From: a virus
Lineage: Duplodnaviria; Caudoviricetes
IMG/VR virus record: IMGVR_UViG_3300007754_000852
Strand: one strand, 5' to 3'
Length of the DNA: 64,000 bases
Positions within the stretch are counted from its first letter, which is position 1; every line of letters begins with the position of its first letter. A model generated the notes under the pieces. The model worked only from the letters and a program-made list of their open reading frames with translations, searched no databases and was not told where the DNA came from. A program made the translations under genes and the position numbers. Positions 9,195-19,113 of this stretch are shown in pieces.

Positions 9195-10820
9195 CTACTT
9201 ATACACCCATTCCCACTCTGAGAGAATGTTTAGTTTCTTATTCCACTCACCTGACAGCTTGCTCTTTTTGAAGTCATCTGGCTGCACCTTTGGATCTCTT
9301 GTTGCAGAGCTATATGGCCTCCCTTCTGTGATCGCACCGGGCATGTCGTCGTATGTGTTTCTTGACACAGACATTGCCTTTAGCATTGCGCTGTTAAGAG
9401 ACGATGCTGTCTGACTGTACTCTGAAGATGCATCATATAGCCACATCGCGATGGCCATGCTCATAACTAGATCGTCATTGTACCCCTTCATCGCCTGTGC
9501 CTTTTGACCCTTCCACACGAACGTCTTTAGCTCGTCATAAAATCTCGTTGAGTAGATCTTTATCTGCTTATTCCTTATTACCTCTTCGAGTTTTGCAAGA
9601 ATTAGATTTCTACTCTTTCCTGAGGTTGTGAATCCTGCGATATCACTATCCTTGCTGGGCACATAGTCCCCGACATACACTGCCTTTCTTCTCTTGTGAT
9701 AAAGATTAGGATATTGCATTTCTTTTAGCTTTAAAACAGTTGCGTACCCATAGCTGTTATTTTCAGGGCATAGTAATGCCTTATTATATCTGTGGCCGAA
9801 CTCGTGTAAAAGCTCTGCAAACTTATCTGGGGGTATCTTTCCCTTATATTCTGCAACACACTCACCTTCTGTAACGTCTATCACGTGAAATGTCGAATAG
9901 TCTCTTGAGTCACCTCTTGAGACGTCTGCAGATATGACATACTGATGCTCTGATAGCGGATATCTCCATATCCACACATTCATATCATTGCCTGCCCTAT
10001 CTATGGGAGGCTTGCACTCTAATCTTATCCAGTCTATCTCACTGTCTGACAGGAATGTCTCACCCGATGATGCGAAGTCACAGAGATACTCCTGAGAGAT
10101 CTGTCTCTGCGATAGGTTTTTAGTTGTCTCATTAAACCACGTCTCATCTCTCTCTGGGTGGATGTTCCATGGAAGCTTTATCGACCTGAACTCGTTTAAT
10201 CCTGCCTCGGCATCAGTGTATAGCTTATAATACTGACCACCAACGCCATTGGGTGTTGATAGTATGATGACTCGACCACCTGTAGAGATCGTGGGATATA
10301 ATCCCATCCACAGCTCATCAAAATTTCTAACGAATGCTGCCTCGTCGATGATGAGAAGAGATAGCGCCTCAGATCGACCGGCATCGTCAGATGTCGGTAT
10401 CGCCTTGATCGATGATCCGTGACTAAACTCTATCAGCTGCTTATTGTTTGTGACGATCTCAGGTAAGACTAACCACTTAGGCAGACTTCTAATCATCGTC
10501 TTTACCTTGCTAATAAAATTTTGAGCAACTGATAATTTTGTTGCGATAATTAAAACATTCTTATCTTTCTGAAATAATGCCAGCCACACAGAGTAGGCTG
10601 CCACAAGAGTTGACATTCCTAGCTGTCTAGACTTAAGGATTATTGAAAATCTCTCATCAATAAATGTTTCAACACAGTCATCCTGAAACGGGTATGTGTC
10701 AAACTGTATTAGACCGCGAACAGGATGCTGTATTTTTAAATAGTTGTTAAAGAAGTATACAGGATCTTTACCAGACTTAACGATCTCCTTTATCTGATTT
10801 GTCTTGTTTATTTTTGTCAT
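9195..10820 (-). CDS. terL: Terminase large subunit (T4 gp17-like)
   Basis: KSRQLGMST P-loop region, Walker B LLIIDEAAF, coupling motif LSTPNG, RNase H-like nuclease SADVSRGDSRDYS and NDDLVMS. Confidence 0.95.
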   Translation of the reverse strand: MTKINKTNQIKEIVKSGKDPVYFFNNYLKIQHPVRGLIQFDTYPFQDDCVETFIDERFSIILKSRQLGMSTLVAAYSVWLALFQKDKNVLIIATKLSVAQNFISKVKTMIRSLPKWLVLPEIVTNNKQLIEFSHGSSIKAIPTSDDAGRSEALSLLIIDEAAFVRNFDELWMGLYPTISTGGRVIILSTPNGVGGQYYKLYTDAEAGLNEFRSIKLPWNIHPERDETWFNETTKNLSQRQISQEYLCDFASSGETFLSDSEIDWIRLECKPPIDRAGNDMNVWIWRYPLSEHQYVISADVSRGDSRDYSTFHVIDVTEGECVAEYKGKIPPDKFAELLHEFGHRYNKALLCPENNSYGYATVLKLKEMQYPNLYHKRRKAVYVGDYVPSKDSDIAGFTTSGKSRNLILAKLEEVIRNKQIKIYSTRFYDELKTFVWKGQKAQAMKGYNDDLVMSMAIAMWLYDASSEYSQTASSLNSAMLKAMSVSRNTYDDMPGAITEGRPYSSATRDPKVQPDDFKKSKLSGEWNKKLNILSEWEWVYK

Positions 10821-11209
10821 TATTCACAGAGAAACCTTGTTGACCTTCTGTAATAGGCGACCTTCCTTGGTGTGTAAGGAGATGTTGTAATCATCTCGAC
10901 ACTGTCATCTGTATCCAGCTCTTTTAGCTTAAGAGATCTACTTACATCATTTTTGAATTCTTTTTTAATATTTTTGATGTATTCCTTGATTAACTTAACA
11001 GATTCTTCCTCAAAAACCTTAACCTGATCTCTCAGATTTCTTTCAGATGCTAGATGAACAACTGTGGTATATTTTAGTGTTAGTACTTCTCCGGCGAGCG
11101 ACCCTTTAATTGACATGGTTGGAGACTTTACAGTTGAGCTCTTGCCAAATGTGTCGTTTAAAATTTGTCCAATACAATTAGTTTCTTCAAAGTTTAGCAT
11201 TATTATCAC
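10820..11209 (-). CDS. Hypothetical protein upstream of terL
   Basis: 129-aa ORF whose stop overlaps the terL start. Confidence 0.7.
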   Translation of the reverse strand: MIIMLNFEETNCIGQILNDTFGKSSTVKSPTMSIKGSLAGEVLTLKYTTVVHLASERNLRDQVKVFEEESVKLIKEYIKNIKKEFKNDVSRSLKLKELDTDDSVEMITTSPYTPRKVAYYRRSTRFLCE

Positions 11210-11215
11210 CCAATA

Positions 11216-11223
11216 TAAGTATT
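11216..11223 (-). promoter_or_regulatory. Candidate late-promoter motif AATACTTA
   Basis: Lies in the short gap upstream of the 129-aa gene and terL. Related NATA(A/C/G)TTA octamers recur in other gaps. Confidence 0.4.
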
Positions 11224-11231
11224 TATCAAGT

Positions 11232-11486
11232 CTAGATTTGAAAACTAGGAGGAATTAGCTTTCTTTTTTTAATTTCCACATCTAGATCACGCTCTAACGG
11301 CCTCCAGCCTGCGATCCAGCGATCTCTATTTGGTTCGGCCCACTTGATAGCACAGTCTGAACAACATTTATATCTAGTGTAATAGACATCGTCATCAGAG
11401 TTATTCATCACAAATCTGCATACAGGACAGAATAAAGGGGTTATGTCTGACTCTCTTCCGTTAATGATGATAATTTCATCATTCAT
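11232..11486 (-). CDS. Small zinc-finger-like hypothetical protein (84 aa; start revised to MNDE)
   Basis: CPVC...CCSDC motif. The ATG at 11486 overlaps the SbcCD stop region. Confidence 0.65.
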   Translation of the reverse strand: MNDEIIIINGRESDITPLFCPVCRFVMNNSDDDVYYTRYKCCSDCAIKWAEPNRDRWIAGWRPLERDLDVEIKKRKLIPPSFQI

Positions 11487-14400
11487 GGAACACCATCGTA
11501 TCCTTTTCATTTTTCAGTATCTCAAGAGAGTTATCAACAGCATCTTTTATCGCATCAACGTGTGATATAACTATGATATTCTTGAACCACTTCTTAAGAG
11601 ACTCAAGTAATCTGCTACAGGCCTCAATGCTTGTCTCATCAAGCGCACCGAACCCCTCATCAATAATTAGCATATTTGTCTTTGGAAGAGAGCTAACGTT
11701 GATCAGTGCAACTCTCATTGCAAGTGATGCCATCATCTTTTCCATTCCAGATGCTAGCTCAATTATCCTCTTTGAGTCACCATAGTCAATAAAGATATCC
11801 ATTGCATTAGATGCAGGATCTGCAACTAACTCAACTGTAAAACCTGTAACACCCTGGAGTATCTTTAATATCTCATCATTTATTAGGGGAAGCTGGGACA
11901 TCATTATCTGGAGTGGGATTCCCTTTTTTGACATTGCCTGTATAAACATATCATACATCTTGAGATCCCTTCGTATCTTATTAAATTCACTCTTTTCGCT
12001 CTTTAGCCTCGTTATCTCAACGTTGGCACGGGCTATCTCATTAGAACACGACAGCCTTTTTTCATCTAGGCGCTCTATCTCATCCCTTAGTGATGAAATG
12101 TTGCTTTTAAGTTTGATGCACTCTGATGATGACTCTTCGTCAACTACCCTTATAAGCATGTCATCTAAGATTTTTAAATTTTCATCAACGATCCTTTCTG
12201 AATTTGATATCTTAGATTGCAACTCGCCCCTTTCAACTTCAAAGCTCGAAATTTTTCGAAGAATCTCGGCCTCCTTTTCAGAAATCTTATCAAACTTTTT
12301 AATCTTATCTTCTACGTTCTCTAGCTTTATTTTTTCAAATGCTTTTGTTGCCTTGGTTAAATTTTTAGACATACTAGAGACAGCAAGCTTTTGTGACTCA
12401 ATGCTCTTTTTATCCTTGTGAGAGTCTTTAATGAACTTACATGATGAAAACTCATCACCACACGGAACATCTAGTAGCTTTTTAACAGATCGTTTCTGAC
12501 GACTGAGTATGTTTTTTTGAACCTCGCACTCGTGCTCAAGTGAGAGCAAAGATTTTTCAAGAGACGTCTGTGATGCCAAACTCTCTCTAAGCTTCTTGAT
12601 CGGAAAGTCATTCTTTACACACTTAATTCTTAGCATTCTTTCATTTTCTTTCTTTAGATTGTCACTTAAGACTCTTAGGTCTCTTTCATAACACTCTAGC
12701 TCATCTTTATTTTTGTTAACCTTCTCCCTGTGGTCTTTGACGTCAGACGGTGTAACAATATCAATTCCGCCTGTTGTTGCTAGCTCAATGCTTAGCCTCT
12801 CAAGGATTTCTCTTTTTGTCTTTATCGTACTCTCAGTATTCACAAGACTTTCTTTATTTTTTTCAATGATTGATGTTTGATCATCAATTAACGAGTCCCA
12901 GTCCTCATGTTTCATCAGTCTGGCTTTTGATCGTGTATCAGATGAGTCATTTTTTGCAAAATCATGAAGCTTATCAAATATGTCTAGATCAAGAAAGTTT
13001 GTCAATATCATTTTTCTTGCAGTTGCCTTTTCTCTAATGAACGTATTCATCTGTCCCTGTGACGCAAGAGATGTCATTAAGAAATCTTCTGATGTTCCTA
13101 TCATATTTCTAACAATCTTTTCAGTGTTTCTTCGTTGCTCACCTGATAGGTCTGATACTATGTCGCCCGCGTCATCAATCTCATATAGGTAGAGGCTCGT
13201 TGTTGCATATGTGTCATTTTTTTTTGTTGTATTTTTGACAGTCTTTCTCTTTATTCTAAACTTTTTTCCATTCATGCTAAATTCAATTGTTGAGCTACAA
13301 CTATTCTTTCTATTATTGATTACATGAATGTTTTTTATCGGACCTCTGTCTGTAGTGTTAAATAAACCATACATCAATGATCCAATTATCGATGACTTTC
13401 CTTTTGTATTTTTTCCAAAGATTCCAGTTATTCCAGGAAGATTATCAAAATTTACCATATTTCCAGAACCGTATGCAAACGTATTATTAAACTTAAAATT
13501 ATTAATTTGCCACCTTACGTTTCTTAGCCTCTCATCCTCTAACACTATTTGAGATAGATATTTGTCAATTAGATTATCAAATTTATCAAATGTTCCTTTT
13601 CTATGGCTAATGTTATCATAATATTCTCTAATCAGCCTTTTTTGAGCTTTTGCATCTCTTAAATTATCACCACTTACACTTTTTTTATTGTTAATTTCTG
13701 ATGAATTAAATGTTGTTTCAGACTTAAACACGACCTCAGATGCAGACTTAAACGTTAACAGCTCATTTTGAACCTGTCTTGATGTTGCCTGTGTCATACT
13801 TTGGTCAGATCGTATCCTGAACCTGGAACCGTTTGGATACTTTGCAGATTCTATTAATGTCTTTTTAACGCTTCCCTTCCAGTCAATCGTTATAAATGGC
13901 TTACTGTGTGGTATCTCATGAAAAGAAACATCGAAGTCATCCTTTCCCCTGATATCCCAAAATAAAAACCCCTTGCCGACCGACTCACCGTAATTTTGCT
14001 GAATTTGTGACCCGCAATAGGCTATCTTTTTATCATCAGTTAAGAATTGAACATAGTGAATGTCAGCTAAAAGAGCATAGTCATAATCATCAAAAAAGTT
14101 TGCTGTTATCTCACCTTCAAGCTCCCAATTTGAATCAGTCTTAGAACCCTGAACACATCCGTGAAATAGTGCTATATTTACATCATCGTCAGTCGGTTTG
14201 ACATCTTTCCAGCCTGGCTCATCAAAGCATGAAAATACGTTCCAGCTAAATCCAGGATGATCTACTATGGGATATGTTCCTGAATCCTTATAAAGATATA
14301 TGTTTGGATCATTTAATGCTGACAGTATCGGTGATATCGCATCCTGTCTAGACTTATTCAAAAGAAGGCCGTCATGATTTCCAAGAATCACATGGACAGG

Positions 14401-14616
14401 TGCGATCGACGACAGCTCCCTAAACCACCAACAGATGTTGTCTATCAGCTCTGGAGATATCCCTTGCGTCTTTGAATGAACAATATCACCGCCGACGTAG
14501 ATGACATCTGGATTTAATTCTGTAGCAATCTTAAAAAAGGCTGCAAATGACTCTCGATACTCGTCGTGGCGTGAAAGTCCACGCCAGTGAATATCTCCTA
14601 AATGTATGACTTTCAT
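11479..14616 (-). CDS. sbcDC: Fused SbcD (Mre11/gp47-like nuclease) and SbcC (Rad50/gp46-like ATPase)
   Basis: Metallophosphoesterase motifs GDIH, GGDIVH, GNHD and FHG at the N-terminus. Then Walker A GKNTKGKSS, Q-loop SQGQ, coiled coil, signature LASGMEK, Walker B IIDEGFGALD and H-loop ISH. Confidence 0.92.
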   Translation of the reverse strand: MKVIHLGDIHWRGLSRHDEYRESFAAFFKIATELNPDVIYVGGDIVHSKTQGISPELIDNICWWFRELSSIAPVHVILGNHDGLLLNKSRQDAISPILSALNDPNIYLYKDSGTYPIVDHPGFSWNVFSCFDEPGWKDVKPTDDDVNIALFHGCVQGSKTDSNWELEGEITANFFDDYDYALLADIHYVQFLTDDKKIAYCGSQIQQNYGESVGKGFLFWDIRGKDDFDVSFHEIPHSKPFITIDWKGSVKKTLIESAKYPNGSRFRIRSDQSMTQATSRQVQNELLTFKSASEVVFKSETTFNSSEINNKKSVSGDNLRDAKAQKRLIREYYDNISHRKGTFDKFDNLIDKYLSQIVLEDERLRNVRWQINNFKFNNTFAYGSGNMVNFDNLPGITGIFGKNTKGKSSIIGSLMYGLFNTTDRGPIKNIHVINNRKNSCSSTIEFSMNGKKFRIKRKTVKNTTKKNDTYATTSLYLYEIDDAGDIVSDLSGEQRRNTEKIVRNMIGTSEDFLMTSLASQGQMNTFIREKATARKMILTNFLDLDIFDKLHDFAKNDSSDTRSKARLMKHEDWDSLIDDQTSIIEKNKESLVNTESTIKTKREILERLSIELATTGGIDIVTPSDVKDHREKVNKNKDELECYERDLRVLSDNLKKENERMLRIKCVKNDFPIKKLRESLASQTSLEKSLLSLEHECEVQKNILSRQKRSVKKLLDVPCGDEFSSCKFIKDSHKDKKSIESQKLAVSSMSKNLTKATKAFEKIKLENVEDKIKKFDKISEKEAEILRKISSFEVERGELQSKISNSERIVDENLKILDDMLIRVVDEESSSECIKLKSNISSLRDEIERLDEKRLSCSNEIARANVEITRLKSEKSEFNKIRRDLKMYDMFIQAMSKKGIPLQIMMSQLPLINDEILKILQGVTGFTVELVADPASNAMDIFIDYGDSKRIIELASGMEKMMASLAMRVALINVSSLPKTNMLIIDEGFGALDETSIEACSRLLESLKKWFKNIIVISHVDAIKDAVDNSLEILKNEKDTMVFHE

Positions 14617-14643
14617 ATACTCAAATTTTGCACAAGTCCAATA

Positions 14644-14673
14644 ATATTACACAACCTGTACTGGTATTTACAA
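14644..14673 (-). promoter_or_regulatory. Possible sigma70-like promoter upstream of sbcDC
   Basis: Minus strand TTGTAA-18 nt-TAATAT in one of the few intergenic gaps. Confidence 0.3.
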
Positions 14674-14697
14674 AAACATCTCATCTAATAAATAATC

Positions 14698-15669
14698 TTA
14701 AAATGATGATCCACTCTGTAGCCTTCCTATTTTCCTTAAAAGAAAATCAGACATATTCCACTCAACTGCCTCATCCCTCTTAGCTAAAAAGTCTTTCTTG
14801 CTCATATCACCCACGTCTGTGTCTTCATCAAGGCTTACCATTCTAACATGACAGCAGTATTCTGACAATAGCCTTGCATATCTGTCTGTCTTGATCACCA
14901 TGTCTGAGTCTAGCGCTAATAGAACTGGAGTGCTATTGGCTATGATTCTTTTGAATAGCATTGATTTTTCACTAAGTGACGATCCTAAAAGACATGTTGC
15001 ATTTGAATTACACTTTACAAGATCAAACGGGCCTTCGACGATCGTTAGTTCATCATTCCATCTTATGTTTATCTCATTAAACACAATAGATGTCTTGTCT
15101 AGCTTTGAATTTAGATACTTTGGCCTTACCTTATTATCAATGGTTCTAGAAGAAAAGTAGTTAAGATCACCAAATTCATCAAATGATGGTACTATTATCC
15201 TTCTTCTGTGCTCGCCGGACCTGGCTGTTCCAAACTTAAAATACCAAAAGTCTCTATCTTTTAGACCCCTGCCATAGACATAGCTGATACAAGCCTTTAT
15301 GTCAGGATCGTTACTATCAAGACTATCAGCGAGCAAGACAAAGTCATCTGGTAACCTTACACTCTCCTCTATGTCGTCTTCATGTGTAGGTTCCAGGCTT
15401 TTTCCTAAAAACTCTGACGCGTATTGTCTTGCAAGAGAGACATCTATGTATCTCTTTATTATATTTTCGAGAGTCTTTCCCTTTGTACCACACACCCAAC
15501 AGTGAAACTGCCACGTCTCTAGGTTTATCGAAAGCTTTTTCTTTCTCACCTGTCTACTGTTAGATGCACACGCAGGACACATCACAGCTATATTTTTTCC
15601 ATCTCTTGCTAGTATTGCAGGACCAAACACCCTTTTAACAAATCGAATTTTTTCACTTATGCTTTTCAT
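14698..15669 (-). CDS. dnaG: DNA primase (zinc ribbon plus TOPRIM)
   Basis: CPAC...FHCWVCG zinc ribbon, RIIVPSFD, IVEGPFD and LALDSD TOPRIM motifs. Confidence 0.88.
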   Translation of the reverse strand: MKSISEKIRFVKRVFGPAILARDGKNIAVMCPACASNSRQVRKKKLSINLETWQFHCWVCGTKGKTLENIIKRYIDVSLARQYASEFLGKSLEPTHEDDIEESVRLPDDFVLLADSLDSNDPDIKACISYVYGRGLKDRDFWYFKFGTARSGEHRRRIIVPSFDEFGDLNYFSSRTIDNKVRPKYLNSKLDKTSIVFNEINIRWNDELTIVEGPFDLVKCNSNATCLLGSSLSEKSMLFKRIIANSTPVLLALDSDMVIKTDRYARLLSEYCCHVRMVSLDEDTDVGDMSKKDFLAKRDEAVEWNMSDFLLRKIGRLQSGSSF

Positions 15670-15699
15670 GTATAACTTTAAAAATATACAATTATTTCT

Positions 15700-16242
15700 T
15701 CACGTGTTCATATGTGAATATGCACTAGCGATGACATACGCATCTGCTGAATCAAAGCACCCCTCTGACACAACAGTCTGCCCCTTTCTCGGTCCGCTTT
15801 TTAGCACTCTCGTCTCCCAGATATGATCAGGAATTTTTGATGATACCCACTCAAGAATCTGTTCCTTTGTCGTCTTATCAGATTTTCTATCAAGCTTTAG
15901 CCCGACAGACTTTCTAGCAACGTTGACATTAATGTGGTCAGGCTTCATGTTAAACCTGTCGTAGCAGATATACGATATAATTCCATTAAATCTGGCAAGA
16001 GTCATTAATGTCTTAGCTGATGATAGCCCAGGTCTAAATGCCTGTAAGTTTTCTTCAATTAAGATTTTTTGTATCGCGTGTTTTTTAAAAACATCTGACA
16101 GATCGTCGGCAACCCTTGATGCCTTATCATACATTTCGTCTATCTTTTTTAAAGAGATAAACCCAATATCGACAAGAGATCCGTCATAATCAATAACACA
16201 CCAGCCTGTACAACTTGTTGAAACATCGAGGCCAAGTATCAT
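15700..16242 (-). CDS. ruvC: RuvC-like Holliday junction resolvase
   Basis: ILGLDVSTSCTGW, ILIEE and DSADAYVIA catalytic motifs. Confidence 0.85.
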   Translation of the reverse strand: MILGLDVSTSCTGWCVIDYDGSLVDIGFISLKKIDEMYDKASRVADDLSDVFKKHAIQKILIEENLQAFRPGLSSAKTLMTLARFNGIISYICYDRFNMKPDHINVNVARKSVGLKLDRKSDKTTKEQILEWVSSKIPDHIWETRVLKSGPRKGQTVVSEGCFDSADAYVIASAYSHMNT

Positions 16243-16247
16243 TTTAA

Positions 16248-19094
16248 TTAAAAATCTTCCCTTATCTTAAAGAGCATCTCATCTGAGCGTCGCTTTTTAA
16301 CAGGCTGTGCCAGCTTTACCTTCATTATAACATTTAAATTATCATCGTGAAAGTTTATTCCGTCGATATATACAAACTTTGGATCATGATCATTTGCATC
16401 AAATGACGCTGACACAACCTGATACTGCGGGTTTGATGATGAATTATGAAGACCTACGTCACACGGTACATTTATCGTTAATATGTGAGAGCTTTGCTCT
16501 CCCTTAAAACTAACCTTATACTGATCTTTTCCAAAGAACGGAATGTTTGGAGATTTTATAAGAACTATCCCTTCATCATAGAAAATATTTCCTACGCTGG
16601 CCCACTTAGGGTGCGGCGTCAGGGAATCAGACCTGTAAATGCTTCCTTTTCCATTGTCACTTAATGTCATCTTGACGGCACCACTAGATCCGGTGACATC
16701 GTAGTCCTCTATCTTGAAGCTTCCAGGGAGTATTCTGTTTCCATAGTATAGATTTGATATGTCAAATATCACTATCTCATTAGAGCTAACGTCTCTAGTT
16801 CTCTGTGCAACAGCAAGGCTTGCTATTTCAGGCGCTCCTGATGCCTTTTCAGGTGTTGCACCGAGCAAAGTTTTTGCAAATGCATTACTGGGCACTGCCA
16901 TGCCGTCATACCACAATCTTGGATTTCCACCAGACGCTATCAGTTTATCTATGTTAATTACGCTTAGATTAAGATCTCCAAGATCACCTTTAAACCGTGA
17001 CATAGGCCCGCTAATAAGAGACTCAGGCAGCGTGCCACTTCTAAGGATCTCATAATCAGGAAAGAATAGACCGTTATCACACGGTAAGACAGTTAGATTT
17101 CTCTTTCTAGCTGATCCGCGGAGAACGTCTTCCCACTTTGAATTAGAAACAGCTAGAGATCCTGTTGAGCTTGCATAAAAATACTCATTAAATGACCACT
17201 CTGTATTATCGCTGTGCGATCTGGCAACGCCGACATCGCTTCCTACGTTGTTTGTGGTTGTCGGGCCTGTTGAACCGGTTAACCTGTATAGGCGTGGGTG
17301 ATTGTTTGTGATGAAATCTCTAACAAAGTTTTCAAGGTTTAAGACATGACCGCCGACTGCAAGAGACGCTGTGACGTTAAATGGAGTATTTGTCTGTGCA
17401 GTTTTATCAAAAAACGGTGTCTTAAGTATTTTTCTCGGACGACTTTCCTTAACAAAGTATGGTGGAAGATAAAACAGCATGCTTCCTGTTGACGTCTGCC
17501 CGATAATAGATGCGCTGTGAACGATGTTATCATCAACATACTCTGTAAATATCTTTACGTCATGGATCTCAGCATTTAACGGATGGTTTAGCTCGAATCC
17601 TGAATCGCCTTTTGATCCTGTTGGGTCTCCTTTGAAGCCCAGGTCAACAACTCCCTCATTTGACGCCGCCGTCGAATTAAAAAATTTAGCTGAATTTGCC
17701 CCTGCCTCATTGTCATTTTGATCAATTACATCTGATCCGCTATAATAGTTTCCAATAAATAAGGCACCAGCTGTTTTAAATGCTGTCGAACCAGCGCCAG
17801 GCTGTATTGATGATGAGTTTATTGTAAATGGATATGATGCATCATCAACCCTTATGCTTCCCTCACCATTATTAAATAAATTCGTTCCCCATCTAATCGA
17901 TATATGATGCCAGTGATTTCTCTGCAGTGAGTTATCTGGTGTGATAAACATCAGTCCAGACTCACTAGACTGTGGTGCAGCCATCGCTACCTGATTTTTA
18001 TATTTTGAATTTGATGATGATACCTCAACGGGAATCTGTGACGGCTCCCAGTGTTCACAGCTTTCTGCCAACTGAAGCAGTATCCTGTATCCTTTTGTCA
18101 GACCATTTTCATCACGCTCTGACCCTGACACAAGAGATATAGCATAGTTGTTTGGAAGATGCATGATGGTTCCAGGCTTGAAATCCTGATCTGATGCACC
18201 ATTATGATATCTTGGATTTATATAGAAGTCAAATGTAAATGAACCACTAAGTGTATATGGAGGAATTGTACTAAAAATCGGTACAGCGCTAGAAAATACT
18301 GCCCACCTGTACGGAACCATATTATCTGGGTTGTCTGATCCACCTCTTGGATCTAGCTGCTTTCTAAGATACCCTGATCTATACGGTCCAAAGGTATGGG
18401 CAAATCCTGGGCTGAGAGATGTCACGGTGCTATACCCTCTCAACGCACCTGAATTTGGATATATCAGTGCAGAATCACTAGGAACATTTGATGCTGTAAA
18501 AAAGTTTAATGAGTGATAGTTTGTATATGAGTACTCACAGGAATCATACTTTGAACGATAAAATGGCATCAGTGAATTCTTGATCGTAGACTTGATCATT
18601 GATCCTGTAGACATCGCGGACTGCTCATATGCGTAAGCCATGTCAGAATTAGCATTTCTAACCTCATAATAGAAATCATTTTCACCATATCTTCTTATAG
18701 GGATCATCTTTCTATTTCTAGGGAGAACATTACCGCTATGAACGTATGACATATATTCATCAATAACAGACGAAATATTGACGCTCTGTTGCTGTCTGGT
18801 CGCACTTAAAACCTGCCTTGACGCTCCGACAAGGTCATCCTCTGCTGCAAATCCTCCTAGACCCTGTGAGCTAAACGCGTTTTTGTTTTCTGCAGATATA
18901 GAAAAATCCTTGACATCCTTGATAAATGGACTAGGTCTAGCAGACACGCTAACAGACCCAGACATCTGACTGGGCACTGTGTGTGCATTATTTGAGCGAT
19001 CACTTGCCTTTGACGACGAAACAAAAGTAACATCTGGATGTAAGGTTAAAGACGTATTCTCAAAGAATTCTGATAGTATCTTTATAAGAGACAC
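16248..19094 (-). CDS. Virion structural (baseplate/tail) protein with a LamG-like domain and C-terminal tail-collar-like domain
   Basis: LamG-like FTFDFYINP..WHHISIRW..LFIGNY..EIHDVKIF. C-terminal YIDGINFHDDNLNVIMKVKLAQPVKK. Confidence 0.65.
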   Translation of the reverse strand: MSLIKILSEFFENTSLTLHPDVTFVSSSKASDRSNNAHTVPSQMSGSVSVSARPSPFIKDVKDFSISAENKNAFSSQGLGGFAAEDDLVGASRQVLSATRQQQSVNISSVIDEYMSYVHSGNVLPRNRKMIPIRRYGENDFYYEVRNANSDMAYAYEQSAMSTGSMIKSTIKNSLMPFYRSKYDSCEYSYTNYHSLNFFTASNVPSDSALIYPNSGALRGYSTVTSLSPGFAHTFGPYRSGYLRKQLDPRGGSDNPDNMVPYRWAVFSSAVPIFSTIPPYTLSGSFTFDFYINPRYHNGASDQDFKPGTIMHLPNNYAISLVSGSERDENGLTKGYRILLQLAESCEHWEPSQIPVEVSSSNSKYKNQVAMAAPQSSESGLMFITPDNSLQRNHWHHISIRWGTNLFNNGEGSIRVDDASYPFTINSSSIQPGAGSTAFKTAGALFIGNYYSGSDVIDQNDNEAGANSAKFFNSTAASNEGVVDLGFKGDPTGSKGDSGFELNHPLNAEIHDVKIFTEYVDDNIVHSASIIGQTSTGSMLFYLPPYFVKESRPRKILKTPFFDKTAQTNTPFNVTASLAVGGHVLNLENFVRDFITNNHPRLYRLTGSTGPTTTNNVGSDVGVARSHSDNTEWSFNEYFYASSTGSLAVSNSKWEDVLRGSARKRNLTVLPCDNGLFFPDYEILRSGTLPESLISGPMSRFKGDLGDLNLSVINIDKLIASGGNPRLWYDGMAVPSNAFAKTLLGATPEKASGAPEIASLAVAQRTRDVSSNEIVIFDISNLYYGNRILPGSFKIEDYDVTGSSGAVKMTLSDNGKGSIYRSDSLTPHPKWASVGNIFYDEGIVLIKSPNIPFFGKDQYKVSFKGEQSSHILTINVPCDVGLHNSSSNPQYQVVSASFDANDHDPKFVYIDGINFHDDNLNVIMKVKLAQPVKKRRSDEMLFKIREDF

Positions 19095-19113
19095 ATGACC
19101 TCACAATTAGAAA

